Below, one piece after another: positions 9,642 through 20,720 of a DNA stretch of 64,000 nucleotides (its first letter is position 1; the number at the start of each line of letters is the position of its first letter). Made by a program: the position numbers and the translations under genes. This DNA is from Acidobacteriota bacterium (GTDB taxonomy: Bacteria > Acidobacteriota > UBA6911 > RPQK01 > JAJDTT01). Where the stretch lies: the NCBI GenBank assembly GCA_965217775.1, contig CBDCJH010000002.1, positions 1,024,001 to 1,088,000 of the forward strand, written 5' to 3'. The notes under the pieces were generated by a model. That model was given only the letters and a program-made list of their open reading frames with translations. It had not been told where the DNA came from and did no database searches.

Positions 9642-10784
9642 TCAAGGGACGGACCCAGGCGGCGCTGCGAGGAGCCTTCGACGTTTGACCGCGTAGCGGA
9701 CGGTGTGGACCCACCGATTGTCGTAGCGGTTGATGCGGCCCAGGTCTTCCCGTTCCGGTTGGGTTTCGCCCCGATCATCGAAGGCTCGAACCTGTAGCGC
9801 GTACGGTCCGGTCCGGCGAGGCTCCCAGGTGTGGGACCAACGGACCCAGGAGCACGGTGTCTGATGGTCCGTCAGGCGGGCCACGGTCCACGACTTCCCA
9901 CGATCGCTGCTGACTTCGACTCGCTCGATGGTCCGGCAACCGGCCCAGGCCCGCCCCCGCACGTCATGGGGACCGGGACTCAGGATTTCGCCCTCTACCG
10001 GAGAGTCGATCTGGGACTTGACGCCCATGCGCGTCACCGGAGTCAAGACCGGTTCTCCCGTGTTGGGATGGCGCCGGGCCGTGAAGTAGCGCTTGGCCAT
10101 GTAGAACCCTCGAAACGGCTCCGCCGTCACCCGGATCCGTGTCAGCCACTTGACGTGGGCCATTCCATACCAGCCGGGGACGAGGGCCCGCGCCGGATGG
10201 CCGTGCTCGGGAGTCAGGGGCTGGCCGTTCATCTCCAGAGCGACGAGGGTCCCGGCAGCCACGGCTTCGTCCAGGGGCAAGCTTCGCGCATAGGTCACGG
10301 GAACCATCTCCAGTTCGTCCAGACCCCGGTCGGCCCCCTCGAGGACGACCTCCCGAGCCTCCGGCTTAATGCCCACTTCTTCCAGAAGCCGGGCCAGGAG
10401 CACGCCGCGCCACTGGGCATTTCCCACCAGCGAGCCACCGGGCAGGTTCTCGGCGCATTCCACGGTGACGGTCCGGGATTCCTGTTCCATCTCCCGGAGC
10501 TGGGACCAGGTCCATTCCCGGGGTTGGCGGACGCTTCCGTCCACCGCAAGTCTCCATTCATCTCGTTCGATGGACGGAGTTCCCAGGTGACTCCGGACGA
10601 AGAAGTGCTCCACCGGCGTGAGCCATTCCGATGAAGCGGCGCCAATCGGCGGCGGGACCGGCGCGGCCCGCAAAGGATCCCAGGCCGGAAGCAGGGCCAA
10701 TCCCAGTGTCTGCAGGAAGGCCCGGCGATGGGGCTCCGGCAGCCGGGTCACGATCTCCGGGCGGATTGGTCCTCGATTCGCCAT
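9642..10784 (-). CDS. Sulfite oxidase-family molybdopterin oxidoreductase, Tat-like signal
   Basis: HRRAFLQ twin-Arg motif, FFVRSH, ECAEN (Moco Cys), EMNGQPLTPEHGHPARALVPGWYGMAHVKWL. Confidence 0.88.
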   Translation of the reverse strand: MANRGPIRPEIVTRLPEPHRRAFLQTLGLALLPAWDPLRAAPVPPPIGAASSEWLTPVEHFFVRSHLGTPSIERDEWRLAVDGSVRQPREWTWSQLREMEQESRTVTVECAENLPGGSLVGNAQWRGVLLARLLEEVGIKPEAREVVLEGADRGLDELEMVPVTYARSLPLDEAVAAGTLVALEMNGQPLTPEHGHPARALVPGWYGMAHVKWLTRIRVTAEPFRGFYMAKRYFTARRHPNTGEPVLTPVTRMGVKSQIDSPVEGEILSPGPHDVRGRAWAGCRTIERVEVSSDRGKSWTVARLTDHQTPCSWVRWSHTWEPRRTGPYALQVRAFDDRGETQPEREDLGRINRYDNRWVHTVRYAVKRRRLLAAPPGSVP

Positions 10785-10789
10785 CCCGG

Positions 10790-11608
10790 CTATTCTCCCG
10801 ATCTCGGGTGCTGCGCCATCCTTTTCCGGGCATGGGTGCAGAAATAGCAGCCGGGGTTGGCGCAGAGCAGGGCGTCGGACCGTTCCTTGAGGACCTCCAC
10901 CGTGGTCTCGATGACGTCCAGGCCTCTGACCAACTGGCACTTGGCGGCCTCGATCTTGAAGTCCCGGATCAAGCCCTGCTGTCTGAGGGGCATCTCGATG
11001 ACGCCGAACCCGGTGCTGCAGCCCGGCTCATCGTTCAGGTCCACGTTCACCACCTCGCCGGAGGGCGTCCTCACCTGGGCAGTTCGGGGAAAGTTGGGAT
11101 CGTAGGGAACACCCCGGTAGGGGACTTGGGCGTAGGCTTCTCCCACGTGCATGGTGGAGTCGGTGTCGTGCTTGACCCCCAGCAGCAGGATGAAGCCGCC
11201 GGCCCGGGCGATCCGGTCGATGGGTGAGCCGATGCCCGTGGATTCCGCCTTCCAGTGCTCCCGGGTGAACTCGTCGGCCTGGCGGCCGATGGCGGCCACT
11301 GAATAGGTGGGATGGAGACTCCGCACCGCTTCCGGGCGTTTTCGCAGGGTGTTGGTGATGAGGCCGGTCTGGGAATGTACGGTTGCGGGATCGAAGAGTT
11401 CCATCTCCAAAACGTAGTTGAAGGTGGGCACCATCAGCGTTCCGTCCTCTCCCAGGACCTCCAGCACGGCGTCGATCACGGTCTCGGCGCCGCCGTCGAC
11501 ACGTCCCAGACTGTGAAGCGAGCTGTGCATCATCACGAGGCGGGTCTGGTCCACGCCCCCTTCACGCAGAGAGTTCACGAGATCGGATTTTCGGAGCAAC
11601 CTCTTCAT
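10790..11608 (-). CDS. AAC(3)/YokD-family N-acetyltransferase
   Basis: MHSSLHSLG, GTLMVPTF, RSLHPTYSVAAIG, LLLGV...STMHVGE; C-terminal C-x4-C-x2-C-like Cys cluster (CANPGCYFC). Confidence 0.88.
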   Translation of the reverse strand: MKRLLRKSDLVNSLREGGVDQTRLVMMHSSLHSLGRVDGGAETVIDAVLEVLGEDGTLMVPTFNYVLEMELFDPATVHSQTGLITNTLRKRPEAVRSLHPTYSVAAIGRQADEFTREHWKAESTGIGSPIDRIARAGGFILLLGVKHDTDSTMHVGEAYAQVPYRGVPYDPNFPRTAQVRTPSGEVVNVDLNDEPGCSTGFGVIEMPLRQQGLIRDFKIEAAKCQLVRGLDVIETTVEVLKERSDALLCANPGCYFCTHARKRMAQHPRSGE

Positions 11609-11651
11609 TTCAGCGGCCGTTCCTTGTTTGTTCTATTGTTTCACTGGAGTC

Positions 11652-11731
11652 CGGCGGCAAGAAAGCCGCCGGTCCCAATGGGCGACAAGAAAGTCGCCCC
11701 TCCTGTTCGGCGGCAAGAAAGCCGCCGCTCC
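11652..11731. repeat. Cluster of three REP-like hairpins
   Basis: CGGCGGCAAGAAAGCCGCCG occurs twice, flanking GGGCGACAAGAAAGTCGCCC. Each unit is followed by CTCC/GTCC, a GGAG-like foot on the minus strand. Confidence 0.75.
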
Positions 11732-13182
11732 TAGGCCAACAACTTGTCCACTACGTGGCCGCCCACGTCCGTTAGGCGGAATTGGCGTCCCTGGAACTTG
11801 TAGACCAGCCGGGTGTGGTCCAGACCCAGCAGATGCAGGATGGTAGCGTGCAGATCGTGCAGGTGGATGGGGTCTTCGACGATCTCGTAGCCCAGTTCGT
11901 CCGTCTTCCCGAAGGTGATTCCCGGCTTGGTTCCGCCGCCGGCCAGCCACATGGTGAAGGCGTACGGATGATGGTCCCGTCCCGGATACTTTCCGGGTTG
12001 CTCGTTCATGGGAGTCCGGCCGAATTCGCCGCCCCAGATCACCAGTGTGTCCTCCAGCAGGCCCCGGTCCTTCAAGTCCTTGATCAGAGCGGCTGAGGCC
12101 TGGTCGGTTTCCAGGCACCGCGTCTGCAAACCCTCTTTGTGAATGATGGACATCTGGGCGAGAAATCCGTGATGGTCCCATCCGTGGTGGTAGAGCTGGA
12201 CGAATCGGACACCCCGCTCCACCAGACGCCGGGCCAGGAGGCAGTTGTTGGCAAAGGATTCTTTGCCCGGCTCGGTCCCGTACATGCGGTGGATGTGCTC
12301 CGGTTCATCGCTGATGTCCATCAGCTCGGGGACGCTGGTCTGCATCCGGTAGGCTAATTCGTAGGAGGCGATGCGGGTCAGGATCTCCGGGTCGCCCACG
12401 GCCTGGTATTGTTCCTGATTGAGCCTCTTCAGGGCGTCGAGGGAGCGGCGGCGCGCCTTGCGGGTCATCCATTCGGGGTCGGAAAGAAATAGAACCGGAT
12501 CACCCTGGGACCGGAACTCCACGCCCTGGTAGACCGTGGGAAGGAAGGCGGGCCCCCAGCACGAATTGCCGGCAAAGACCTGGACCGGACCCGATTGTAG
12601 GACTACGAAGCCCGGCAGGTCGCGGTTCTCGCTGCCCAGCCCGTAGGTCAGCCACGAGCCCATGCTGGGCCGGCCGACGAGATGGTGACCCGTGTTCATG
12701 AACAGTTGAGCTGGAGCGTGGTTGAATTGCTCGGCGTGGACCGATTTGACGATGGTGATGTCGTCCACGACCTCGGCCAAGTGGGGCAGCAACTCCGAGA
12801 GCTGGGCCCCGGACTCACCGTAACGATCATAGGAGTAGGGAGAGGCCAAAACCTGAGGCGTCCCCCGCAGGTTAGCGAACCGTTTGCCGTCCAGCGTGCC
12901 TTCCGGGACGTTCTGGCCATCCAAGGCCGTGAGCCGCGGCTTGTTCTCAAACATATCGATCTGAGACGGACCGCCCGACATGAAGAGGAAGATGATGTTC
13001 TTGGCCTTGGGTTCGAAGTGCCCCGCCTTGGGCGCCATGGGATGGCGGGCGTCGAGAACCGGAGCCGAAAAGAGACGGTCGTCCATCAGTCCGGCCAGAG
13101 CGACGGACCCGATACTCATCCCTCCCCGGAAGAAGAAGTGGCGACGGGTGATGGCTTTCAGCATCTTTTGTTGACTGTTCAT
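11731..13182 (-). CDS. DUF1501 family protein (Tat-exported)
   Basis: [53 protein letters not shown]. Confidence 0.9.
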   Translation of the reverse strand: MNSQQKMLKAITRRHFFFRGGMSIGSVALAGLMDDRLFSAPVLDARHPMAPKAGHFEPKAKNIIFLFMSGGPSQIDMFENKPRLTALDGQNVPEGTLDGKRFANLRGTPQVLASPYSYDRYGESGAQLSELLPHLAEVVDDITIVKSVHAEQFNHAPAQLFMNTGHHLVGRPSMGSWLTYGLGSENRDLPGFVVLQSGPVQVFAGNSCWGPAFLPTVYQGVEFRSQGDPVLFLSDPEWMTRKARRRSLDALKRLNQEQYQAVGDPEILTRIASYELAYRMQTSVPELMDISDEPEHIHRMYGTEPGKESFANNCLLARRLVERGVRFVQLYHHGWDHHGFLAQMSIIHKEGLQTRCLETDQASAALIKDLKDRGLLEDTLVIWGGEFGRTPMNEQPGKYPGRDHHPYAFTMWLAGGGTKPGITFGKTDELGYEIVEDPIHLHDLHATILHLLGLDHTRLVYKFQGRQFRLTDVGGHVVDKLLA

Positions 13183-13201
13183 GAATGACTCTTCCTCGGG
13201 C

Positions 13202-16200
13202 TCAAGGTCGAGAGATGGTTTCGTCCAGATTCAGCAGCACCTGGGCCACGCTGGTCCAGGCCGTGAGGCCGCCGGATTCCGACACCCCGGAGAGAGAATG
13301 GGAACTCGTCGTGCTGGGAGCGGAATCGAAGTGATTCTCCAACTGGTCCCGATACAGGGCAGTCAACTCCTTGAGCTCCGTCTCGGTGGGCCGGCGGCCC
13401 AGACAGAGACGAAATCCGTGGGCGATCCGGTCGGCGACTCCCGGCCCCGTCTCCGAGACCATGCGGCTGGCCAGTCCTCGGGCGGCGTCCAGAAAGGTCT
13501 GGTCGTTCATCAAGTTCAGGGCCTGCAGCGGCGTATTGGAGCGGCTGCGGGCGACGCACGTGGTCTCCCTGCTGGGAGCGTCGAAGTTGGCGTAAAAGGG
13601 ATAGGGACGAATCCGCTTCAAAAAGGTGTAGAGACCCCGCCGGTAGCGGTCGTCTCCCCGCCCCGTGATCCAGGTGTCGGCAACGTACAGGTTGTCCCAG
13701 AGTCCCGCGGGCTGGGGCGGAAAGACGCTGGGGCCGTACGGTCTCAGGCTGAGGAGTCCTGCGGCGCTCAGCGCGCTGTCCCGGATCATTTCCGCGTCCA
13801 TCCGAAAGCGGGGCCCACGGGCGTAGAACTCGTTGTTCGGATCCCTTTCCCGCAGTGGATCTTCCATCCGCGAGTCCTGCCGGTAGGTCGCCGAGGTGAC
13901 CATCAGCCGGTGCATGGCCTTCATGGACCAGTTCTGCTCCACGAATTCGGTGGCCAGCCAATCCAGCAGCGCCGGATGGGTCGGCCGTTCCCCCTGCGTC
14001 CCCAGGTTCTCGGGGGTCTTCACCAAGGCCCTTCCGAAATGATCGGCCCAGAGCCGGTTCATGGTGACCCGTCCCACCAGAGGGTTCTCGGGAGAGACCA
14101 GCCAGCGGGCCAGGGTGAGGCGGTTGGGCGGGTTGTCGCTCTCGGGCAAGGGATGGAGCACCGAGGGGACACCCGGCTGGACCTCCTTGCCCGGGTACAG
14201 GAAGCTCCCCTTGATGAAGACGTGGCTGGTCCGGGGTTTTTCCAGCTCCTTCATGACCAGGCTGTTGGGCGAGGTCAACTGTTTCCAGAAGGCCAGAAGC
14301 TCGGAGAGCCGTTGCCGCTTCGGCGTCAGCAGGGGGGCGATCCCTCGATAGTAGTCGTTCAGGACCTTCCTCTGACTCTCGGTCCGGCGGTCGACGGGAA
14401 CGGCGAGGCCACGTTCCGCCCGGGTCGGGAGCTTGACGTTCCGGGTCGGGTCCTGGTCGCGGGTGACGGAAAAACGAAAACGCCCGATGGTCTTGCCCGG
14501 ATTCTCTCCCTCATGCCTCAATCGGATAGTGAGCCGGGTACCACCCGGAAAGCCCAGCGGAGCTCTCGAAATGAAAATGGCTTGGCGCTCGACCCGGTTC
14601 TTGTGACTGCTGCCGGTGGGGTCGGCGTCGTCCAGCGCGGCGTCGCCGTTGGACCAGCCGGTGGTGGCGTCGCCGTCCAGCGCGCGGCGGATCCCCGAGA
14701 GAACGGGATCGATCTCGGCCGCGGCGCCGCTGAACATTACCGGCGAGGAGGAGCCAGGCGCGGCCAAGGGCTCCGCCACCACCTCGAATTCGGTCAGCAG
14801 GAAATCCCCGTCGGAACTCCGGCTCGAACCGCCGTGAGGCAGGCTGGGATCGGTCAGGGTTTCCAGCCGGATGGCCGTAATCCCTTCGACCTGGGTCTCG
14901 GTCACGACCACGTACGTTTCGCGCCCCGGTTTCGGTCCCGATGCCAGCAAGGAACCGTCCCTCTGTAGGGTCAATTCCGCCCCGCCCAGCGAGAAGTAGG
15001 TCACCGGATCCAGGAAGCTCCAGGAGACCATGCCCCCGGCGGTCCGGGTCTCCCATTCTTTCTGCGCCGCTTCCAGCTCCGGGGTGGAACGCTTCAGCGC
15101 CGCTTTCAGCTCCACGATCTCCCGCTCGATATCGGAGCGGTAAGTGGACAGATAGTCGGCGGGAGGCAGGGTGATGCTGGCGTTATGCGCCCCGATCTTC
15201 GTATTCGGGTTGTGTTCCTCCATCGTGTTGTTGAAGAAGGAGAACATCCGGAAGTACTCCTCCTGCGTGATGGGATCGTACTTGTGATCGTGGCACTGGG
15301 CGCAGGCGATGGTGCTCCCGAGCCAGACGGTTCCGGTGGTCTCGACCCGATCCAGAATCGCTACGACCCGGTACTCCTCATAGTCGATACCACCCTCGGT
15401 ATTGATCGTGGTGTTGCGGTGGAATCCGGTGGCGATCTTCTGCTCGGGAGTGGCGTCGGGGAGCAGGTCTCCCGCCACCTGCTCGATGGTGAACTGATCG
15501 AAGGGCAGGTCCGAGTTAAAGGCCTTGATCACCCAGTCGCGATAGAGCCACATGTTGCGTCGCCGGTCGTGGATGTAGCCGTTGGTGTCGGCATAGCGGG
15601 CCAGATCCAGCCAGGGCCGGGCCCAGCGCTCTCCGAAACGGGGGGACGCCAGGAGGCGGTCGACCAGGCGCTCGTAGGCCAGCGGACGCCGGTCCTCGAC
15701 GAAGGCGTGCACTTCCGCGGGAGTCGGCGGAAGACCGATGAGATCCAACGTCAGGCGGCGGATCAACGTCTCACGCGAAGCTTCCGGGGACGGATCCAGG
15801 CCTTCCTTTTCCAACCGCTTCAGGACGAAGCGGTCGATGGTGTTGCGGACCCAGGCCACATCCTTCACCTTCGGCAGCGGGGGACGGACCGGCTTGATGT
15901 AGGCCCAGTGTTTCTCGCCGGAGGCGCCCGTTCCATCGATGGCCTCGGTCCAAGGGGCCCCCTGATCCAGCCAGACCCGGATCATCTCGACCTGGTCCGG
16001 GGGCAGCTTGCCCGTCAGAGGCATGGGAGACCCCGGCGCGTCGCCGACGATCTTGCGGTAGAGCAGGCTTGAGGAACCGTCACCGGGCAGGATGGCCGGT
16101 CCGGACTGTCCACCCTTCAGGGCCGCTTTCCGGGTATCCAGGCGAAGACCGTTCATGCTCTGGTCTACGCCGTGGCACTGATTGCAATTGGCCTCCAGGA

Positions 16201-16345
16201 TGGGCCGGATGTCGCGCGCGAAGTCGAGGTCCCGGTCCGCGGACGGGGACGGACCCGATCCGCTCATCAGGGCAACGGTGCTCAAACCACTCAAAAAGAA
16301 GAGGAATATCCAGTTTCGGAATCGCAAGACCAGCGCCCACCGCAT
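13202..16345 (-). CDS. PSD1/planctomycete cytochrome c (PSCyt, DUF1549/DUF1553) protein
   Basis: CNQCH and [11 protein letters not shown] heme motifs, [28 protein letters not shown]. Confidence 0.9.
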   Translation of the reverse strand: MRWALVLRFRNWIFLFFLSGLSTVALMSGSGPSPSADRDLDFARDIRPILEANCNQCHGVDQSMNGLRLDTRKAALKGGQSGPAILPGDGSSSLLYRKIVGDAPGSPMPLTGKLPPDQVEMIRVWLDQGAPWTEAIDGTGASGEKHWAYIKPVRPPLPKVKDVAWVRNTIDRFVLKRLEKEGLDPSPEASRETLIRRLTLDLIGLPPTPAEVHAFVEDRRPLAYERLVDRLLASPRFGERWARPWLDLARYADTNGYIHDRRRNMWLYRDWVIKAFNSDLPFDQFTIEQVAGDLLPDATPEQKIATGFHRNTTINTEGGIDYEEYRVVAILDRVETTGTVWLGSTIACAQCHDHKYDPITQEEYFRMFSFFNNTMEEHNPNTKIGAHNASITLPPADYLSTYRSDIEREIVELKAALKRSTPELEAAQKEWETRTAGGMVSWSFLDPVTYFSLGGAELTLQRDGSLLASGPKPGRETYVVVTETQVEGITAIRLETLTDPSLPHGGSSRSSDGDFLLTEFEVVAEPLAAPGSSSPVMFSGAAAEIDPVLSGIRRALDGDATTGWSNGDAALDDADPTGSSHKNRVERQAIFISRAPLGFPGGTRLTIRLRHEGENPGKTIGRFRFSVTRDQDPTRNVKLPTRAERGLAVPVDRRTESQRKVLNDYYRGIAPLLTPKRQRLSELLAFWKQLTSPNSLVMKELEKPRTSHVFIKGSFLYPGKEVQPGVPSVLHPLPESDNPPNRLTLARWLVSPENPLVGRVTMNRLWADHFGRALVKTPENLGTQGERPTHPALLDWLATEFVEQNWSMKAMHRLMVTSATYRQDSRMEDPLRERDPNNEFYARGPRFRMDAEMIRDSALSAAGLLSLRPYGPSVFPPQPAGLWDNLYVADTWITGRGDDRYRRGLYTFLKRIRPYPFYANFDAPSRETTCVARSRSNTPLQALNLMNDQTFLDAARGLASRMVSETGPGVADRIAHGFRLCLGRRPTETELKELTALYRDQLENHFDSAPSTTSSHSLSGVSESGGLTAWTSVAQVLLNLDETISRP

Positions 16346-16382
16346 GCCGTCAATCTCGATTCGGGGTGTCGCGCCAGTGTAT

Positions 16383-16540
16383 CAGCCCGTGGCAAAAGTC
16401 GTCACGGCATTCGACCGTCCCTGCATCCCGGCGGACGGCGTTGCGACTCGGTCACATACTCCGGGTATGCTCCCTCATCGCGCCTTGTCCGGCGGGCGCA
16501 GGACCGGTCTCGGTGCGCGCGAGACTTTCACCACGGACTG
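16383..16540 (+). mobile_element. 158-bp palindromic MITE-like element, copy 1 (intergenic)
   Basis: Imperfect terminal inverted repeats CAGCCCGTGGCAAAAGTC / GACTTTCACCACGGACTG. Flanks GTAT and ATAT. Same length as the copies at 33607 and 38776. Confidence 0.88.
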
Positions 16541-16583
16541 ATATCAGTCGAGGGCGAAAATCGTCGCTCCTGCTCCGGACAAC

Positions 16584-18239
16584 TCATGGGACGGCTTTCT
16601 CCCGAACCGTCAGGATCTGATTGGCCCTGACGTTGCGGAGACTCTGGAGGATCCCCGAGGGCCAGTGGATTTCCACCAGTTCCGCGACGTCCGAGCCGCC
16701 CAGCCCCAGGTGAACCCTTGGGTCGTGACTGGAAAGGTAACTGGCCGCCCGTTGGACCTCACGGTGGAGCTCCCGGCCCCCGGCCCGGACCCGGAGCCGG
16801 GCCCCCAGTCCATTCCGATTGCTCTCGACCCCCTCCAGCCGGATCAGGAGCCAATTGTTCCGGTTATTCGCGTCGTTGCGCAACAGGTTCACGGGACCGC
16901 CGTTGTTGGTCACCACGATATCCACATCGCCGTCGTTGTCCAGGTCTCCGAAGGCGGCCCCGCGGCTCAGGTCCCGGACCTGAGACCAGGCACCGGCCTC
17001 GCTTGAGGACTCTCGGAAACTGCCCTCCCGATTCTCGTACAGTAGGTTCTCCTGGCGAAAAAAGACGTAATCGCGAAGTTGGTTAATGGTGGGATCGATG
17101 TGGCCGTTGGCGACGAACGCATCCAGGTCTCCGTCGTTGTCGTAGTCGAAGAGACGGGCGCCGAAACCCACCTTGACGTAGCTCTTCTCCAGGATTCCCG
17201 ACTGGTACGTGACCTCGTTGAAGTAACTTCCCGCCCTCCGGAAGAGAGCGTTCCCCTCGTCGGCGAAGTTGGTTACCAGGAGATCCATTTTCCCGTCGCC
17301 GTCGTAGTCGCCGAAGTCGACTCCCATGCCGGCCCGGGGATGACCGTTCTCGTCCAGAGCCACCCCTTGGTCGAAGCCTACCTCCTGGAAGGTGCCGTCC
17401 CGGTTGTTCCGGAAGAGGAAGTCGGCCACCGTGTCGTTGGCCACGAAGACATCCGGATAACCGTCCGGCTCCAGATCGGTGAAGGCGACGCCCAGGGCCT
17501 TGCCGCCCACCTGTCCTATGCCGCTGGATTCGCTCCGGTCCTGAAACTTGCCGTTTCCCAGATTCCGGAACAGCACGCTGGCGTCGGTCTCGAAGGTCGT
17601 GGGGTGGCAGTAGTTCCTACGGTCGGCCGTGTGGCAAGGAGTCTCCTTGCCGGGATCGTAGGCGACGTAGTTGCAGACGAACAGATCCAGGAGGCCGTCC
17701 CGGTCGTAGTCGAAGAATCCGGCGCTGGAGCCCCAGTGGCCCGAGTTTTCCACGCCCGCCCCCCGCGAAACGTCCCGGAAGCGGCCGTCTCCCTGGTTCT
17801 GGAACAGTTGGCTCCGGGGATACCCGGTGACGTAGAGGTCGGGATCGCCGTCGTTGTCGTAGTCACCGGCGGCCGCCCCCATCCCGTAGGTTCGAATCTG
17901 CAGACCCGAGTCGCGGGTCGCGTCCCGAAAGGTGCCGTCCCTCCGGTTCCGAAAGAGCCGGCTGCGGGATTCCTCCGTGTCGCTCGGAGGGATCTGGCTG
18001 CCGGCCACTACGAACAGGTCCAGGTAGCCGTCTCCGTCGAAATCCAGCAGGGCGGCGCCGGAACCCATGATCTCCAACAGGTGATAGCCGCCGCGAGCCC
18101 CGTTGTAGTGTTGATAGTCGATTCCGGCCACTCGTGTCCGGTCGTTGAACCGGGGAACACCCCTTTCCGTCTCCGTCGCTGGTAGTCCGTCTCCGGGCGC
18201 AACCAGGGAGAGGACCAGGAGACAGGGGCCGAATCTCAT
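16584..18239 (-). CDS. CRTAC1-like FG-GAP/ASPIC-UnbV protein (second paralog)
   Basis: DFDGDGYLDL, DYDNDGDPDL, SNRNGLGAR, VHLGLG, HWPSG. Start MRFGPCLLVLSL overlaps the symporter stop. Confidence 0.88.
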   Translation of the reverse strand: MRFGPCLLVLSLVAPGDGLPATETERGVPRFNDRTRVAGIDYQHYNGARGGYHLLEIMGSGAALLDFDGDGYLDLFVVAGSQIPPSDTEESRSRLFRNRRDGTFRDATRDSGLQIRTYGMGAAAGDYDNDGDPDLYVTGYPRSQLFQNQGDGRFRDVSRGAGVENSGHWGSSAGFFDYDRDGLLDLFVCNYVAYDPGKETPCHTADRRNYCHPTTFETDASVLFRNLGNGKFQDRSESSGIGQVGGKALGVAFTDLEPDGYPDVFVANDTVADFLFRNNRDGTFQEVGFDQGVALDENGHPRAGMGVDFGDYDGDGKMDLLVTNFADEGNALFRRAGSYFNEVTYQSGILEKSYVKVGFGARLFDYDNDGDLDAFVANGHIDPTINQLRDYVFFRQENLLYENREGSFRESSSEAGAWSQVRDLSRGAAFGDLDNDGDVDIVVTNNGGPVNLLRNDANNRNNWLLIRLEGVESNRNGLGARLRVRAGGRELHREVQRAASYLSSHDPRVHLGLGGSDVAELVEIHWPSGILQSLRNVRANQILTVREKAVP

Positions 18240-19762
18240 GTCCTGTTTCGATCCCCGAAAGTGAGGCCTTGAATCTGCTCGGACGAGGGCCGGCGGAAGA
18301 GAAAGCCGCCCAGTCCCGCCACGATCATGCCCAAGGTGAAGGAGAAGGGAATTCCCCACATCCAGGAGATGGCCTTCTCCATCCCGAACCATTCCTTGCT
18401 GAAGCTGACGAACAGGGAAACGGACGCCGCCAGGAAAAAGCCCATCAGAATCGCTTGTGGTCCGACCCTGCGAAACAGGATGCCCCCGAAGAAGAGGACG
18501 GCGATGGGGCCCACGAAGACGTCGTTGACCCGGCCGCTCAGGTCCAGGATGTTCCAGTCCGTCCGGCTCATGACCACGGCGATGATGACGGCCACTCCGA
18601 TCCCCACCACGCCGGCTCCGGCGGCCACGCCCTTATCCAGCAGGAGACCCCGCCGGGAGTCTTTCCGCCGATCGGCGAAATGGGTCGTCAGGACGCCCGA
18701 GATGGAGTTGATGGCCGAGCTGAGGCTGGACATGGCCGCCGACAGCAGGGCCGCCATGACCAAACCGGAAACTCCGGTGGGAAGCTGCTGGGCGATGAAG
18801 CGCGGCATCAGCCGGTCTCCCTCGGGAGCGATCTTGGCCTGGAACTCGGCCACCGGCAGGTTGGAGATGTGCGCATAGAAGGCGAACAGGGCCAGGCCGC
18901 AGATCGCCAGGGTGGTGTAGAGGACGACGTTGGACCAGGCATAGACCCAGACCGAGCGCCGCGCCGCCTTGATGGAAGGCGTCGAAAGATACCGCTGGAT
19001 CGCCACCTGGTCGCCGCCGTTGGCGCAGATGTTCCAGAACAGGATGTTGAGCATGATGCCGACGATGGTGATGCGGACCGTGGGATCGAAACTGAAGACC
19101 TGCATCTCGCCTCGCCCCGCTTCGGAGAAGGTCTCCCACCATCCCATGGGGCCCGTCCCCACCAGGTAGTAGACGTAGATGGGGATGGAGAGCGCGCCCG
19201 CCAGCAGGATCCAGAGCTGCAGGTTGTCGGTCCAGATGACGGTCCGAAAGCCACCCACGCTGGTGTAGAAGGTGGTGATGACCCCCAGCAGTATGATGGT
19301 GGTGAACAGGCCCAAGCCCGAAATCTCGGAGAAGGCGAAGCTGGCCGTGTAGATGATGATTCCGGACCAGATCAGGGTCCGGAAGACGAACAGGGTGGAG
19401 GCCAGGGTGCCGGTGCCCCGGTCGAATCTTCGGCCCACGTATTCGTAAGCACTGGTGATCTCGAGCCCCTTGATGGTGGGGATCAGGATCCGGTTCACGA
19501 TGGGGATCACCAGCGGCGCCACGATCAGGCCGAAACAGTAGGCGAATCCGTAACGAATTACCTCTCCCGGGACCGAGAGATAGCTGATGGTGGAGAGGAT
19601 GGTGGCCAGGACGCTGCCTCCGGCCAGAAACCAGAAGACCTTCCGGTCGCCCAGGAAGTACTCGTCACGGGACTTTTGGCGGCGCGAAAAATAGATCCCG
19701 ATGAGGGACAGGCTTCCCATGTAGGCGATGATGACCAGGATATCGATGGGGTTGAGATTCAT
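18236..19762 (-). CDS. Sodium:solute symporter (SSS family)
   Basis: EYFLGDR, SAYEYVGRRF, GGFRTVIWTD, DQVAIQRYL, AAMSSLSSAINS; many hydrophobic segments. Confidence 0.9.
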   Translation of the reverse strand: MNLNPIDILVIIAYMGSLSLIGIYFSRRQKSRDEYFLGDRKVFWFLAGGSVLATILSTISYLSVPGEVIRYGFAYCFGLIVAPLVIPIVNRILIPTIKGLEITSAYEYVGRRFDRGTGTLASTLFVFRTLIWSGIIIYTASFAFSEISGLGLFTTIILLGVITTFYTSVGGFRTVIWTDNLQLWILLAGALSIPIYVYYLVGTGPMGWWETFSEAGRGEMQVFSFDPTVRITIVGIMLNILFWNICANGGDQVAIQRYLSTPSIKAARRSVWVYAWSNVVLYTTLAICGLALFAFYAHISNLPVAEFQAKIAPEGDRLMPRFIAQQLPTGVSGLVMAALLSAAMSSLSSAINSISGVLTTHFADRRKDSRRGLLLDKGVAAGAGVVGIGVAVIIAVVMSRTDWNILDLSGRVNDVFVGPIAVLFFGGILFRRVGPQAILMGFFLAASVSLFVSFSKEWFGMEKAISWMWGIPFSFTLGMIVAGLGGFLFRRPSSEQIQGLTFGDRNRT

Positions 19763-19805
19763 TTAGCCTTACCTGATGAACGGATGCGTGATATTTGGGG
19801 GCAGA

Positions 19806-20720
19806 TCAGGTGAACTTCTTGAAGTATCCTTCACTCTGGATCACTTCCCGGGCCCACTCCTTCTCCGATTCTGAAACCGGCTTCAGCGGCGGCCGGGGCG
19901 CGCTGGACTGGAGGAAGCCAAAAGCTTCGATCAGCGCCTTGTCCACGGCCACGTCGGTGTAGCCGCGCCGGCTCAGCGGCCAGTAGAGCCGGTCCATGCA
20001 GCGGTCGAACTCCACCTGCATCTCCTCGGCCCGTTCCCAGTCCCGGGACCTGCAGGCCTGGTACCAGGCTTGGGCGAACCGGGGCGCCAGACTGGTCAGC
20101 AGGGAGAAGGCCCCATAGCCGCCCTGCTTCATGGAGGCGACCATCCAATCGTCCAGGCTGAGGTGCCGCAGAGGACTGGAGTGCTCCTGCAGTCCGTCCC
20201 AGAATTCTTGCGTCAACTGCCCCTGCTTCGTGCCCCAGAGGTTGGGCAGATCCAATAAGGCCGCGTATTCACAAGGCTCGAATTTCACCTCCGGGGCGTA
20301 GTTGGTGTTGTAGTGGACGATTCCCAGGGAAGGGCAGGCCTGTGCGATGGCGCGAAGAGCACGGGCGCGCTCCTCGGCGCTCAGGGGAATGAAGTGGGGC
20401 GGGATGGCCAGGACGGCGTCGGCGCCGGCCTCGGCCAGCCACTGGACGGTCTCCAGGATCCCCCCCAGGCGCACCGAGGTCGCCCCCACCACCTTCAGGG
20501 TCTCCGGTCCCGCCTCCTCGACGAAGATCCGCACGGCTCGCCGGTACTCGTCCGGAGAGACATTGAAGAGCTCACCGCTGGTCCCCAACAGGTACATGGC
20601 CTCCAGGCCCTCGTTCCGGTAGGCCCGAATATTGTTCCGGAGGGCGGTCTCGTCCATGCTCCAGTCGGAGCTGAAGCACATGGGAATGTTGGCGATCACA
20701 CCCTGCAATCTTTCTCTCAT
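19806..20720 (-). CDS. DHDPS/N-acetylneuraminate lyase-family aldolase
   Basis: LLGTSGE, HYN, WGTKQG (Schiff-base Lys), PRPPL. Confidence 0.85.
   Translation of the reverse strand: MRERLQGVIANIPMCFSSDWSMDETALRNNIRAYRNEGLEAMYLLGTSGELFNVSPDEYRRAVRIFVEEAGPETLKVVGATSVRLGGILETVQWLAEAGADAVLAIPPHFIPLSAEERARALRAIAQACPSLGIVHYNTNYAPEVKFEPCEYAALLDLPNLWGTKQGQLTQEFWDGLQEHSSPLRHLSLDDWMVASMKQGGYGAFSLLTSLAPRFAQAWYQACRSRDWERAEEMQVEFDRCMDRLYWPLSRRGYTDVAVDKALIEAFGFLQSSAPRPPLKPVSESEKEWAREVIQSEGYFKKFT

Noticed and set aside
10790-11608. Acquired aminoglycoside resistance gene
   Set aside because: Host-like composition, metabolic context and no linked mobile element; AAC(3)/YokD homologues often have other substrates.
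11652-11731. Possible mini CRISPR array
   Set aside because: Units are separated by only a few bases, there are no unique spacers, and no cas genes are present; REP-like instead.
13181-14968. Long opposite-strand or alternate-frame ORFs (also 18269..19813, 21099..22772, 25060..26697, 38837..40444, 51684..53474)
   Set aside because: Typical high-GC shadow frames overlapping well-supported genes, with no recognisable motifs.
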